From a virus (taxonomy: Duplodnaviria > Caudoviricetes), in IMG/VR virus record IMGVR_UViG_3300042541_000733, positions 1 to 63,401 of that record: a stretch of DNA of 63,401 nt; one strand, given 5' to 3'. Both the position numbers and the translations under genes were made by a program. The first letter of the stretch is position 1. Each line of letters begins with the position of its first letter. The notes under the pieces were generated by a model, which was given only the letters and a program-made list of their open reading frames with translations, was not told where the DNA came from and searched no databases. This document shows, in pieces, positions 45,176 to 55,069 of the stretch.

Positions 45176-47110
45176 ATGTCAGGCAGTAATATGTTACCGA
45201 CACTATATCAAGAGTTCATTTATAAGAGCCGCTATGCTAAGTGGTTATGGGATGAAAATCGTCGTGAAAACTGGGATGAAACAGTTGCTCGTTATTTCAA
45301 CTTCTTTGATGAACACATCAAGGAAAATACTGGATACACTGTTACCAAAGAAGAACGTAAGCAACTTGAAGATGCTGTATTGAACCTTGAAATCATGCCA
45401 TCTATGCGCTGCTTGATGACTGCTGGTGAAGCTCTCAAGCGCGAGAATGTTGCTGGTTACAATTGCTCTTATGTTGCTGTAGATAATCCTCGCTCATTCG
45501 ATGAAATTCTTTATGTTCTTATGAATGGCACTGGTGTTGGTTTCTCTGTTGAGTCTAAGTTTGTTGATCAACTGCCTATCGTATCGGATTCATTTCATGA
45601 TACTGAAACAAATATCGTAGTGGCAGACTCAAAGCTTGGTTGGGCAAAGTCTCTTAAGGAACTTATTCATCTTCTTTATGCTGGCCAAGTTCCTCGTTGG
45701 GATCTTTCTAAGGTTCGTCCCGCTGGCGCACCGCTCAAGACATTTGGTGGTCGTGCTTCTGGCCCAGCACCGCTTGAAGACCTATTTAAGTTTTGCGTAT
45801 CAACATTCAAAAAGGCTGCTGGTCGTCGTTTGACCACATTGGAGGCACATGATATCGTTTGTAAGATCGCTGAAATCGTGGTTGTTGGTGGTGTTCGTAG
45901 AAGTGCTCTCATTAGCCTTTCTGATTTGTCTGACGACCGTATGCGCGTTGCCAAGTCTGGTGACTGGTGGAAAGAAAATGTACAACGCGCTCTCGCTAAC
46001 AACTCATTTGTGGCTAAAGAGAAGCCTGATGTGGGCATCTTCATGCGTGAGTGGCTTTCCCTCTATGAGTCGCGCTCTGGCGAACGCGGCATATTCAGTA
46101 GAGCGGCGTCTAGGAAGCAGGCCGAAAAGTTTGGACGAAGAGATCCGGATCACGATTTCGGCACCAATCCATGTAGTGAAATCATTCTACGTTCCAGAGA
46201 ATTCTGTAATCTCACAGAGGTTGTCGTTAGAGGAGATGACACCCCAGAAAGTCTCAAACGAAAAGTCAAACTCGCAGCTATACTTGGTACATTCCAATCC
46301 ACACTTACCAACTTCAAATACTTGAGCAAGAAGTGGTCTGAGAATTGTGAAGAAGAGCGTTTGCTTGGCGTGTCACTGACTGGTATCATGGACAATGAGT
46401 ATACGAATGGTACTGGGGCTAAAGTAATACTTGATGGCGCACTCGAATCAATGTTGGAGGATCTACGCAATGAAGCAGTCAAAACTAACGCTACTTGGGC
46501 TGCGAAACTTGGTATTCCTGTATCTGCTGCTATTACTTGCGTCAAACCTTCTGGCACCGTATCTCAGTTGGTCGATTCGGCTAGTGGTATTCATGCTCGT
46601 CACAGTCCCTATTATATTCGTACTGTTCGCGCAGACAAGAAAGACCCACTAGCACTAATGATGAAGGACATGGGGTTCCCTTGTGAGGATGATGTGACGA
46701 AGCCTCAGCACACTTATGTCTTCTCATTCCCACAGAAGTCTCCTGATCATGCTGTGTTCCGTTCTGAGATTAGTGCAATCTCACAACTTGAAATGTGGTT
46801 GACTTATCAGCGTCATTGGTGTGAACATAAGCCATCTGTTACTGTGTCTGTTAAGGAAGAAGAATGGCCAGAAGTTGGTGCTTGGGTTTACAATCACTTT
46901 GATGAAATGTCTGGCGTATCATTCTTGCCATTCTCAGACCATGTCTACAAGCAGGCACCTTATCAAGATTGCACCAAGGAAGAATACGAAGCTCTTGCTG
47001 CTAAAATGCCTAAAGAAGTTGACTGGACAAAGTTAGCTACATATGAGAAGCAAGACGCAACAACCGGCTCACAAGAATTAGCGTGTGTAGCCGGTGGTTG
47101 TGAAATTTAA
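45176..47110 (+). CDS. nrdJ: Class II (B12-dependent) ribonucleotide reductase
   Basis: NPCSEI, CNL, VKPSGT, C-terminal CVAGGC; no adjacent beta subunit. Confidence 0.9.
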   Translation: MSGSNMLPTLYQEFIYKSRYAKWLWDENRRENWDETVARYFNFFDEHIKENTGYTVTKEERKQLEDAVLNLEIMPSMRCLMTAGEALKRENVAGYNCSYVAVDNPRSFDEILYVLMNGTGVGFSVESKFVDQLPIVSDSFHDTETNIVVADSKLGWAKSLKELIHLLYAGQVPRWDLSKVRPAGAPLKTFGGRASGPAPLEDLFKFCVSTFKKAAGRRLTTLEAHDIVCKIAEIVVVGGVRRSALISLSDLSDDRMRVAKSGDWWKENVQRALANNSFVAKEKPDVGIFMREWLSLYESRSGERGIFSRAASRKQAEKFGRRDPDHDFGTNPCSEIILRSREFCNLTEVVVRGDDTPESLKRKVKLAAILGTFQSTLTNFKYLSKKWSENCEEERLLGVSLTGIMDNEYTNGTGAKVILDGALESMLEDLRNEAVKTNATWAAKLGIPVSAAITCVKPSGTVSQLVDSASGIHARHSPYYIRTVRADKKDPLALMMKDMGFPCEDDVTKPQHTYVFSFPQKSPDHAVFRSEISAISQLEMWLTYQRHWCEHKPSVTVSVKEEEWPEVGAWVYNHFDEMSGVSFLPFSDHVYKQAPYQDCTKEEYEALAAKMPKEVDWTKLATYEKQDATTGSQELACVAGGCEI

Positions 47111-47120
47111 GGATAGAAAA

Positions 47121-47282
47121 ATGACAAAAGAAGTAGATAAAATAAAATGTAACTACTGTGAGTCATCATACAAGGTGCTTTATGATTATGAAGAAACGCA
47201 GGGTCAACCTCGCTTCTGTTCTTTCTGCGGTGAAGAGTGTTTTGATGGCGATGAAGTGGAGTTAGAAAGTGATGATGAGTAA
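47121..47282 (+). CDS. Small zinc-ribbon protein
   Basis: CNYC, CSFCG. Confidence 0.7.
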   Translation: MTKEVDKIKCNYCESSYKVLYDYEETQGQPRFCSFCGEECFDGDEVELESDDE

Positions 47283-47428
47283 ACTATGGAGATTGGTATT
47301 TCAACCGTATATGGAAGATGAATACGGTGCATACTATCATAGTGGAATAGGATACACAGGCGTTTCATATAGTCCAGATAAATATGCTAGAAGAAAACAC
47401 TATGGTATTGGATATACAGGAGTTTATA

Positions 47429-47752
47429 ATGAATGAAGATTGGACAGAAGGTTTTAAAGAAGGTTTTAAAATCGGTTTAGAAGAAGGTAAGAGACATCAA
47501 AATCTTAATCCCGTTCCATATACTCAACCTTATGTACCTTTAAGCTTGATGAAAGACAAGTGTCCAAAGTGTGGCATTACAATTAGTGGTGTTATGAATT
47601 ATACTTGTAGTAGCATTAATTGTCCAACATTCTATCAAGTAACATCTTATGGTGCTGTAGGTGCTGTAGGTTCTACTGCTCTTGACACAGATGCTCTTGG
47701 CGCTAACGGTCCGTGTGGACCAACTGAACCGATTGACTACTCTAAGAGGTAA
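47429..47752 (+). CDS. Hypothetical protein
   Basis: AGGAG RBS; CPKCG. Confidence 0.65.
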   Translation: MNEDWTEGFKEGFKIGLEEGKRHQNLNPVPYTQPYVPLSLMKDKCPKCGITISGVMNYTCSSINCPTFYQVTSYGAVGAVGSTALDTDALGANGPCGPTEPIDYSKR

Positions 47753-47781
47753 CATACATACTCTCGAAAGGGAGTTTCGGT

Positions 47782-48186
47782 ATGTGGCTTTACAACGAAA
47801 AAGAGATTGGTGATGATGAGATTGAAGGCTATGCCTCATTCGTGTACATCATCACCAATCTCGAAACAGGAAAGAAATATATTGGCAAAAAAATCTTCAA
47901 GTCGATCCAAAGAAAAAAAGTCAAAGGCAAAACGCGAAGAAAAAAAGTTGAAAAAGACAGCGGATGGAAATCGTATTTTGGATCTAACATCGTCCTGCTT
48001 GGAGATGTTGAGAAACTGGGACAAGATAGATTCCGACGCGAAATCCTAAAACTCTGTAAGACACGCGGAACAGCCTCTTACTGGGAAGCCAAATATCAGA
48101 TGGAACATCAGGTATTGGAAAAACCAGATGAATACTATAATGAATGGATTATGGTAAAAGTTCATCGCTCTCACATTAAGAGCTAG
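47782..48186 (+). CDS. GIY-YIG-like endonuclease domain protein
   Basis: FVYIITN...KYIGKK, YFGS, YYN. Confidence 0.8.
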   Translation: MWLYNEKEIGDDEIEGYASFVYIITNLETGKKYIGKKIFKSIQRKKVKGKTRRKKVEKDSGWKSYFGSNIVLLGDVEKLGQDRFRREILKLCKTRGTASYWEAKYQMEHQVLEKPDEYYNEWIMVKVHRSHIKS

Positions 48187-48357
48187 TTATTTCTTAACAT
48201 CAACATTCATTGAAGCCTTAACAGGCTTACCTGAGATCGCAGCACAAAGTTCTTCCGCTCTGATCAAAACCGATACCTCAACACCATTACTAGTCATTGT
48301 CAATCTTCCACCACGAAGAACGATTGATACCTGTTCATTTCTAATATTAGCTTCCAT
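48187..48357 (-). CDS. Hypothetical 56-aa protein
   Basis: Minus strand AAGGAG RBS, MEANIRNEQVSIVLRGG..., ATAAATA upstream. Confidence 0.65.
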   Translation of the reverse strand: MEANIRNEQVSIVLRGGRLTMTSNGVEVSVLIRAEELCAAISGKPVKASMNVDVKK

Positions 48358-48463
48358 AGTAATCTCCTTTTCAGATATTTATCTGCGACAATAAAACATC
48401 TTGTGGAAATGTTGCGGCGCATATATACTAGTGTTCAGAACATTAGAGAGAAGGAGTCCTACC

Positions 48464-48646
48464 ATGATTGCATGGGGAAGAGCAGTAATAGGCGCTATGA
48501 ATGGTTTTAAAGATACCGGAGAAACTGGATTGACCAGAATGTTCCGTACAGAATACTCAAAAGAGTATCAAATGATGAAAAAGAACGGTTATGAAATTAA
48601 TGACAGTTTTGTGAGAACATTCTTAGACATGAGAAAGCATTCATAA
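48464..48646 (+). CDS. Hypothetical protein
   Basis: AAGGAG RBS. Confidence 0.7.
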   Translation: MIAWGRAVIGAMNGFKDTGETGLTRMFRTEYSKEYQMMKKNGYEINDSFVRTFLDMRKHS

Positions 48647-48696
48647 AAGTCAAAATGTAGTCTTCGTACTACTTTAAGTCGTTTAATGTAGCAGGT

Positions 48697-48768
48697 ATGC
48701 ACCAAAAGCATATCTGCTATTCGTTTTTAACCCTTGAAAAACCGACTTGCCGTTCTTATCTATAGTAT
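48697..48768 (+). promoter_or_regulatory. Phage promoter family, copy D
   Basis: ATGC-N7-GCAT plus core promoter. Confidence 0.85.
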
Positions 48769-48822
48769 ATGATGCTGACCCACTCCCTCTATCGCAAGTT
48801 GTATCGCTTCTTTATTGGACCC

Positions 48823-48894
48823 ATGCGTCCGATGCATAGCAGATATGCGTAAACTGCCCTTGAAAAACCGACTTGCCGATCTTATCTATAGTAT
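48823..48894 (+). promoter_or_regulatory. Phage promoter family, copy E
   Basis: ATGC-N7-GCAT-N7-ATGC; core identical to copy B. Confidence 0.85.
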
Positions 48895-48915
48895 ATGACA
48901 ATGAATGAGGATACC

Positions 48916-49206
48916 ATGAGCTTCGTAGTTTTCGAGACTGCCACCACCCGCTACGCTGGGAAAAAGGCCAAGTATGACGATCCGATTTTCCCGACCATGG
49001 CTGCTGCCAAGTCTCACATGACGCGATTGATCAAGTCTGGGAAGTATACGGCCGAACAGATTGCCGTTGCCGACCGCAGCTACTTCCATGATGAGATTGA
49101 AGCGATTGTGGAGCGTACCAACCTCATGAGCGGGAAGCCGTTCTTTGAGCGTATCAATGTCCCTTACTACTGCTCGCCGTCGAGCGAAACTTACTGGAGC
49201 ATGTAA
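48916..49206 (+). CDS. Hypothetical early protein
   Basis: GAGG RBS; PYYCSPSSETYWSM; alternative ATG at 48895. Confidence 0.75.
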   Translation: MSFVVFETATTRYAGKKAKYDDPIFPTMAAAKSHMTRLIKSGKYTAEQIAVADRSYFHDEIEAIVERTNLMSGKPFFERINVPYYCSPSSETYWSM

Positions 49207-49269
49207 TGCTCTTCTGGGCATACCTTCTTCTACTATTCTTCATCTTTCTGTTTATCACTGAGGACACAA

Positions 49270-49392
49270 ATGTCTAACGCCGAAATTCGTGATTTGTTTG
49301 ATTCGAATCCCAACTTGTCTGTCGCGCACATTGCGCGCCGCACAGGCAAGTCTATCGCACAGATTGTCAAGATCCTTATGGAGAAGAACTAA
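49270..49392 (+). CDS. 40-aa HTH-like protein
   Basis: NPNLSVAHIARRTGKSIAQIVKIL; GAGG RBS. Confidence 0.6.
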   Translation: MSNAEIRDLFDSNPNLSVAHIARRTGKSIAQIVKILMEKN

Positions 49393-49393
49393 T

Positions 49394-49669
49394 ATGGAAC
49401 GCCGCGAATATAACGGTTGGACTAACTATGAAACTTGGCTCGTCAACATGTGGTTCGGCGATATCTTTACCGATATGCAGAACGAGCGTGAAGACACCTC
49501 GGCTCAGTCCCTGGAAGACTTTGTGACTTCCATGCTTGAAGATCAGGGGCAGCTTCCCGAGACTGGTTTCGCTGCGGACATTATGAATGCCGCAATGAGC
49601 CAGGTTGACTGGGACGACCTTGCTTCTCATTATGAACTGGAAGAGGAAGATGAAGAGCAAGCCGCGTAA
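49394..49669 (+). CDS. Hypothetical acidic protein
   Basis: YNGWTNYETW motif. Confidence 0.7.
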   Translation: MERREYNGWTNYETWLVNMWFGDIFTDMQNEREDTSAQSLEDFVTSMLEDQGQLPETGFAADIMNAAMSQVDWDDLASHYELEEEDEEQAA

Positions 49670-49772
49670 TCACGTGGCAAAAACCTTGTGGACACCAAAA
49701 TTCCGTCCGCAAGTGACGAAGAACCCTAAGGCATATACTCGTAAGGAAAAGCACAAGGTGAAGTATGCGTAA
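49650..49772 (+). CDS. 40-aa basic ArfA-like peptide
   Basis: RNHVAKTLWTPKFRPQVTKNPKAYTRKEKH; GAGGA RBS. Confidence 0.55.
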   Translation: MKSKPRNHVAKTLWTPKFRPQVTKNPKAYTRKEKHKVKYA

Positions 49773-49947
49773 GCCCTATATTACCTATAATGAAATTCCT
49801 CAGTTGATGCGTGAATATCTCTTGACCGTGGCCGAAAAGCGCGATATTATGGAGATACCGATTGAAGATATCAATTCCTATCTAGTGGGTCTTCATTCGT
49901 ATTACAGCACACAGAAGGAAGAGTATTCGGAAGGTTGGATTGAGTGA
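49765..49947 (+). CDS. Hypothetical protein
   Basis: AAGGTG RBS. Confidence 0.6.
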   Translation: MRKPYITYNEIPQLMREYLLTVAEKRDIMEIPIEDINSYLVGLHSYYSTQKEEYSEGWIE

Positions 49948-50289
49948 TGGTTTCATATTTTTGGGAGTTACAGCCAAATGCTGTTGACATGGAATGGGTT
50001 ACCATATATACTCCTTACTATAGACACTTTTTGTTCTACGGAAGTAACGAAGGTGTTATGTTCGTTCCTGGTACCTATGCTGAAATGATAAAGGATTATG
50101 ATTGATGACTAAGCTCCGCGAGAAGATTATCCTCAAGGCCAAAGGTAGTGCTTATATTGTCCAGTCACTCGAAAATCGAATTACGCCATTTGTCGGCAAT
50201 GTTCTAAACGAGGGTGAAGTGACGAAGCTCCTGCTCGAAGCAAAGGTTTCTGGCGCTCTTACTGTCAAGGTTATCTAAGGAAAAATAAA

Positions 50290-50652
50290 ATGGTTGATGT
50301 TTACGAAGGTTCCTTCTCTTCTTGGGAAGATGTTTGCCGTCAGTTTGAGGAATCTATACCTGAACCGGATGAAGTGATATTTGCGGTTTATGATCAGGAA
50401 ATGTACGAAGGTTCGGCTGATGTGATTTATCGCGTTGGTGAACGCTTCTACTGGGCGTCTGGCTCTCACTGTTCCTGCTACGGTTTGGAAGAGCAGTTTG
50501 ATCCTGAAGAGTATTCTGCTGAGTTGCTTATAGCGGCTTTGCGGCGCGGCCATCACTTTTATTGGGCAGGAGATCATGCTGACGCTCTCCGTAAGGAAAT
50601 CATAGAGCGGGTTATCTCTTCCGCGTCTTATCATTGTGGGTATTGGGGCTAA
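50290..50652 (+). CDS. Hypothetical protein
   Basis: YEGSA, GSHCSCYGLE. Confidence 0.7.
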   Translation: MVDVYEGSFSSWEDVCRQFEESIPEPDEVIFAVYDQEMYEGSADVIYRVGERFYWASGSHCSCYGLEEQFDPEEYSAELLIAALRRGHHFYWAGDHADALRKEIIERVISSASYHCGYWG

Positions 50653-51014
50653 TGGCACTCGTCTACACCAAGACCTCTTCAGGTCGCAAAAAGCCATCTA
50701 AGAAGGTCTTGCGTCTCCGCGAGGAGCGTAAGACTTTTTTTTCAACCATTCTCAAGGACAAGCCGCGCAAGGAACGCACCCTAAATATTCCTGAGCGTGA
50801 AGTGAAGAAGCTGCCACCTCTTTCTAATTCGGTCGGTAATGGCTTCAAGCGGTCAGTAGATGACTATAAGTGGAAGCGCGACCGTGAGGAAACTGTTGCG
50901 ACTATCAAGGAAATCGAGCGCAAGAAGACGCGGGTTGCTCCTGCATACAACAAGGGCGCTGTTCAATACTTGACAGATGGCACCGATCCTGCTACAATTG
51001 GACGTAAGATATGA
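50652..51014 (+). CDS. Conserved basic T4-like protein
   Basis: APAYNKGAVQY. Confidence 0.7.
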   Translation: MALVYTKTSSGRKKPSKKVLRLREERKTFFSTILKDKPRKERTLNIPEREVKKLPPLSNSVGNGFKRSVDDYKWKRDREETVATIKEIERKKTRVAPAYNKGAVQYLTDGTDPATIGRKI

Positions 51015-51298
51015 GTGATTGGGGAAGTGAAGTTGAGGTTGAGCGGCGCAACCGTATCCGCTTGACCTTGGCTGCATATGCATATGAGTTTGATGATAAT
51101 CCGATCATGTCCGATGCTGAGTTTGATGACATATCACGCAAGATCAATCCGGATATTGCGACAGGCAGCAAACGACATGACAAATTCTTTAGGGAAAAAT
51201 TTGATCCAGACACTGGCATGTGGATTCGCCAGCATCCATTTCTTCGCGCAGTAGAACGGGCATATCGTTGGAATCTATCTAAAGGTTATTATAAATGA
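51011..51298 (+). CDS. Stand-alone NAD-ligase domain-Ia-like protein
   Basis: AYAYEFDDNPIMSDAEFD. Confidence 0.55.
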   Translation: MSDWGSEVEVERRNRIRLTLAAYAYEFDDNPIMSDAEFDDISRKINPDIATGSKRHDKFFREKFDPDTGMWIRQHPFLRAVERAYRWNLSKGYYK

Positions 51299-51960
51299 AG
51301 TTTGGTATTATCTCAGATTTGCATATGGAATTTCAACCGTGGCTTTATGAGCCTGAACCGGATCTATTTTATCTGAATGCAGGCGACACTCATCCGAATC
51401 CGTTGATGCGAGACTATTTTGAGTCACTGTATAATGGTAAAATCTTTTCAGTTAAGGGCAACCACGACTATTACGGACACTCTTTTAGGAATGCCGATAT
51501 AGATTTTCCTGATCCGATAGAAGTTGAAGGTATCAAGATTGCTGGTGCCACGCTTTGGACTGAAATCTCTCCCGTTCGCTGGTGGAACTTCAAAGAGTAT
51601 ATGGTAGATTGTCAACAGGTTGCCGGTATGAACTATGATCGGTATATGAATGCCCATACAGTACATAAGCATCACTTGTTTGATTCTGGTGCTGATATCT
51701 GGGTCATTCATCACTTGCCGTCATATCAGTCGGTTCATGAAGAATATAGGAATTCTGATGGCAATGACTTCTTTGCTACTGAATTGTCACCAAAGATTCT
51801 TGATATGGTAAAGCCACCAAAGCTGATCGTTCATGGTCATACTCATAAGCAATGTGATTATATGATTGGCAATACTCGCGTTGTCTGTAATCCTCGTGGC
51901 TATCCGAATGAGAATGAATGGTACCAGAACTATAAACCTTTAATTGTGGAGATTGAATGA
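51295..51960 (+). CDS. Metallophosphoesterase
   Basis: SDLH, AGD, GNHD, HGHTH. Confidence 0.9.
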   Translation: MKFGIISDLHMEFQPWLYEPEPDLFYLNAGDTHPNPLMRDYFESLYNGKIFSVKGNHDYYGHSFRNADIDFPDPIEVEGIKIAGATLWTEISPVRWWNFKEYMVDCQQVAGMNYDRYMNAHTVHKHHLFDSGADIWVIHHLPSYQSVHEEYRNSDGNDFFATELSPKILDMVKPPKLIVHGHTHKQCDYMIGNTRVVCNPRGYPNENEWYQNYKPLIVEIE

Positions 51961-52214
51961 TGGACATTCGAATCTATACTAAGGACAACTGTTCTTGGTG
52001 TGTTAAAGCGAAAGAACTTATGAACAACATTGGAATTCCATATACGGAACTCAAGCTCGGTGTGGAATTTACACGCGAAGAACTGCGGGAACTTATTGGT
52101 GAACATTTACCCTTGACAGTGCCGCAAATTTTCGTGTATAATAAGCGTATTGGAGGTTATGAAGACTTCCTTGAGTATTGTGAAAATCATGGAATAATTG
52201 GAACAACGGAATAA
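51960..52214 (+). CDS. Glutaredoxin
   Basis: CSWC, TVPQIF, IGG. Confidence 0.92.
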   Translation: MDIRIYTKDNCSWCVKAKELMNNIGIPYTELKLGVEFTREELRELIGEHLPLTVPQIFVYNKRIGGYEDFLEYCENHGIIGTTE

Positions 52215-52217
52215 AAC

Positions 52218-52466
52218 ATGTATAAGATTGAAAAGAACGTGCCTATGACTAACAACCGTATTGACCTTATTGATGACTCTACCCGATATACTCAATACTA
52301 TCCTTTGGATCACATGAAGGTAGGAGATTCGTTCCTCGTGCCTTTTACCAAGAAGCGGTTTACTCCGAAGAAGATTTGTGTCCCGTATGAAAAGGCCCGC
52401 GAGAAGGGTATTGAAATCTCATGTCGTACGGAATCACGAGGTGTTAGGATTTGGCGAATTGAATAA
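52218..52466 (+). CDS. Hypothetical protein
   Basis: KIEKNVP, MKVGDSF, VRIWR. Confidence 0.7.
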   Translation: MYKIEKNVPMTNNRIDLIDDSTRYTQYYPLDHMKVGDSFLVPFTKKRFTPKKICVPYEKAREKGIEISCRTESRGVRIWRIE

Positions 52467-52649
52467 GTATGTAAGTGATTCGAATACTAAATATACTATA
52501 TACATGATGCCCAAACAGTCCGATTGGCAATGCACTCTTATCGGTGGTCCAAATGGTGCTGTTTATAATCCTACAGAGGGTAATGAGCCCAATTGGTTCC
52601 ATCGCAAGATGCAAGAACTTTGTTTTGGTTTTAAATGGAGAAAGATTAA

Positions 52650-53003
52650 GTGAAGAAGTTTCTGCTTACAATCTCAATGGTTGCATTGTTTGTTTCTCCT
52701 GCAATTGCGGGCAACAAGAATAATGTTAACCAGTTTGAAAACTGGCAGCACAACCAAGAGCAAACTTACAATTATAATTACAACTATAATTACAAGTACA
52801 AGAACAACAACGGCGATTGGTATGAGAACCCAAATGTTTGGGCGCCAATCGTTGGAGGTCTTCTCGGCGGTCTTGTAGAGCGTTCGGCACCTCCTCAACA
52901 ATACTATGAGTATGAGTACCCACCTTGTCGGGCAGTTATCATGCCTGTATTCGTCCCCAGTTTAGGAGTTTATCGTAAGATGCCAGTACAGGTGTGCGAC
53001 TAA
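52650..53003 (+). CDS. Secreted hypothetical protein
   Basis: Signal peptide, (YN)n run. Confidence 0.65.
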   Translation: MKKFLLTISMVALFVSPAIAGNKNNVNQFENWQHNQEQTYNYNYNYNYKYKNNNGDWYENPNVWAPIVGGLLGGLVERSAPPQQYYEYEYPPCRAVIMPVFVPSLGVYRKMPVQVCD

Positions 53004-53305
53004 TGACCAAGAACCAGATTCGCGAACTTTTGCAAGAAACTATTGCAACTGTTACATTTGAGAAGACTGATGGTACAATTCGAGCAATGAACTGTACCTT
53101 AATTCCAGCCCTTATTCCTGTTGCATCTACAGAAGAAGGTTTGATTCCTCGCACTAAACGTGAGGAAAATTCTAATCTACTTGCTATATGGGATCTTGAG
53201 AAGGGCGATTGGAGATCGTTCAAGATTGATTCTATAAAGAAGATCGGTATTATGTATCCATTTGACAGAGAAGGAATTGTTTATGCCTCACCCACACAAG
53301 AATAG
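53003..53305 (+). CDS. WYL-like/SH3-fold small protein
   Basis: VTFEKTDGTIRAM, WDLEKGDWRSF. Confidence 0.7.
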   Translation: MTKNQIRELLQETIATVTFEKTDGTIRAMNCTLIPALIPVASTEEGLIPRTKREENSNLLAIWDLEKGDWRSFKIDSIKKIGIMYPFDREGIVYASPTQE

Positions 53306-53372
53306 GCCTCGCAAGGGTCGTCGTAAGATTGGTAGTGCAAAGAGAAAGTCTCGCAACAAGAGGAAGTAACTC

Positions 53373-53633
53373 ATGAGCAAGAGTCGAGCCGAAAGAAGAC
53401 ACCATCATCAGCGTATGTTAGATCGTGTTAAGTCTTTTCACTGGTTGAAAAAGAAGTTTTGGAACGGCACTGACGAAGATCGAGAGTTACATTACAAGAA
53501 GATGGCAGAAACACGACAAAAGTGTTCATGTCATATGTGTGGGAATCCACGAAAGTATTGGAAAGAAGAAACTATGCAAGAGAAGCGCGTAAAGGAAAAT
53601 GAAAAGTTTGATGAGGATGAAAATGTCTTCTGA
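53373..53633 (+). CDS. Basic hypothetical protein
   Basis: CSCHMCGNPRK. Confidence 0.7.
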   Translation: MSKSRAERRHHHQRMLDRVKSFHWLKKKFWNGTDEDRELHYKKMAETRQKCSCHMCGNPRKYWKEETMQEKRVKENEKFDEDENVF

Positions 53634-53949
53634 TAACGGAATCTACATTCTTTCCACACGAGGTCCCGAATACAGGGTCGCGCATCATCAAAACATCGAA
53701 GAGATATATGGAACTTTTAATGATGATACATATACATGGAATGGTGATGAACAGGAGATGTGGAATTATTTCCATAATGCCCGAATGTTTACCAATCTCG
53801 AACAAGCCCTTGACTATGCCGAATTGATCAGCTATAATTATGAATATCTTGAGTATGGAATTTGTGTAATTTCCGATTTTACCAAGATTGACTTTGAAAG
53901 GCTGAAGGAAAAATATGGCAAAGAAGAAGCAGAAGACGATTCGCGGTAA
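53623..53949 (+). CDS. Hypothetical protein
   Basis: SDNGIYIL, EYGI; GAGG RBS. Confidence 0.7.
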   Translation: MSSDNGIYILSTRGPEYRVAHHQNIEEIYGTFNDDTYTWNGDEQEMWNYFHNARMFTNLEQALDYAELISYNYEYLEYGICVISDFTKIDFERLKEKYGKEEAEDDSR

Positions 53950-55069
53950 GTTTGCGGACGAAAAGTATCTTGGTCAAGAACCAGATCTTCGTGGCGAAGT
54001 TACAAATGCTCAGATCATTTCAGCTTACAACTGGTACAATTATTTTTATGATGGTGACCAAGCTAAGGTTTGGATCGTTGAATACCTGAAAGAGTTTTAT
54101 AAAACAGAAAAGGAACTTATCAAAAATGTCAACAGAATTAATTCTAATCTTTGCCGCACTAGCGGTTGGAATTGTCGTATATTACTATTGGGCGGCAACC
54201 TCCCACAAGACCTCCAAGATCGAAACATTGCCCGAATCAAAGCCCTTGCCGCCGGTGCAGCCAATGCCAGCACCGACTCCAGTTCCAGTAGCGGAGAAGG
54301 CATCAGCAAAGAAGAAGACGGCATCGAAAAAGAAGTCAAGCAAGTAATTTCAGTTCAGGAGCGTGTGACTAATCGCGCTAATGATTTGATTGCTGATATC
54401 GAAGGTCACTTGGACAATTTCTATCGCAATGGTACTATGTTCAAGCCCGTAGATTGGCTCTCTGCACAAGATGTTAAGCCGATGATCGCTCAGAAGATCG
54501 CGGATTATTATAAGCCTCTTTATGCTGAAATCTTTGATGCCCTTAACGGCAAGAACGATCAGCTTAGAGAGGCTTATTCTTCTTGGAAGAAGCCGAAGCT
54601 GAAAGCTTACATGGAATTTGTTAGGTCTATCATTTCGGCTGCTGAAACTCGCACAACTATTGTTAAGGCAACTCGCAAGCCTCGTAAGAAGAAAGAGAAG
54701 CCTGCATCAGCTCTCGTATCGAAACTCAAGTATAAGGTAAAAGATGAAACACTCAAGTTGGACTCAGTCGATCCGAAACAGATCATCGGATGCAATCAAC
54801 TCTGGATCTTCAATACTAAATATCGAACCCTTGGTGTCTATAATGCTATGGGTCCTGCTGGTTTGTCTGTCAAAGGCAGCACTCTTGTAGGCTTTGATGA
54901 AAAGACCTCTCAGATCAAGACGCTGCGTAAGCCTGCCGAACAACTTAAGAAGTTGCAAGAGGGTGGCAAGATTGTTCTGAGAAAGTTTATGGACGAAATC
55001 AAATGTAAGCCCAAGACTGCAACTGGTCGCATAAATAATGAGACAGTTCTAGTAAGGATCATCAAATAA
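53915..55069 (+). CDS. Conserved T4-like hypothetical protein
   Basis: Long ORF; NWYNY, KTLRKP, GRIN. Confidence 0.8.
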   Translation: MAKKKQKTIRGKFADEKYLGQEPDLRGEVTNAQIISAYNWYNYFYDGDQAKVWIVEYLKEFYKTEKELIKNVNRINSNLCRTSGWNCRILLLGGNLPQDLQDRNIARIKALAAGAANASTDSSSSSGEGISKEEDGIEKEVKQVISVQERVTNRANDLIADIEGHLDNFYRNGTMFKPVDWLSAQDVKPMIAQKIADYYKPLYAEIFDALNGKNDQLREAYSSWKKPKLKAYMEFVRSIISAAETRTTIVKATRKPRKKKEKPASALVSKLKYKVKDETLKLDSVDPKQIIGCNQLWIFNTKYRTLGVYNAMGPAGLSVKGSTLVGFDEKTSQIKTLRKPAEQLKKLQEGGKIVLRKFMDEIKCKPKTATGRINNETVLVRIIK

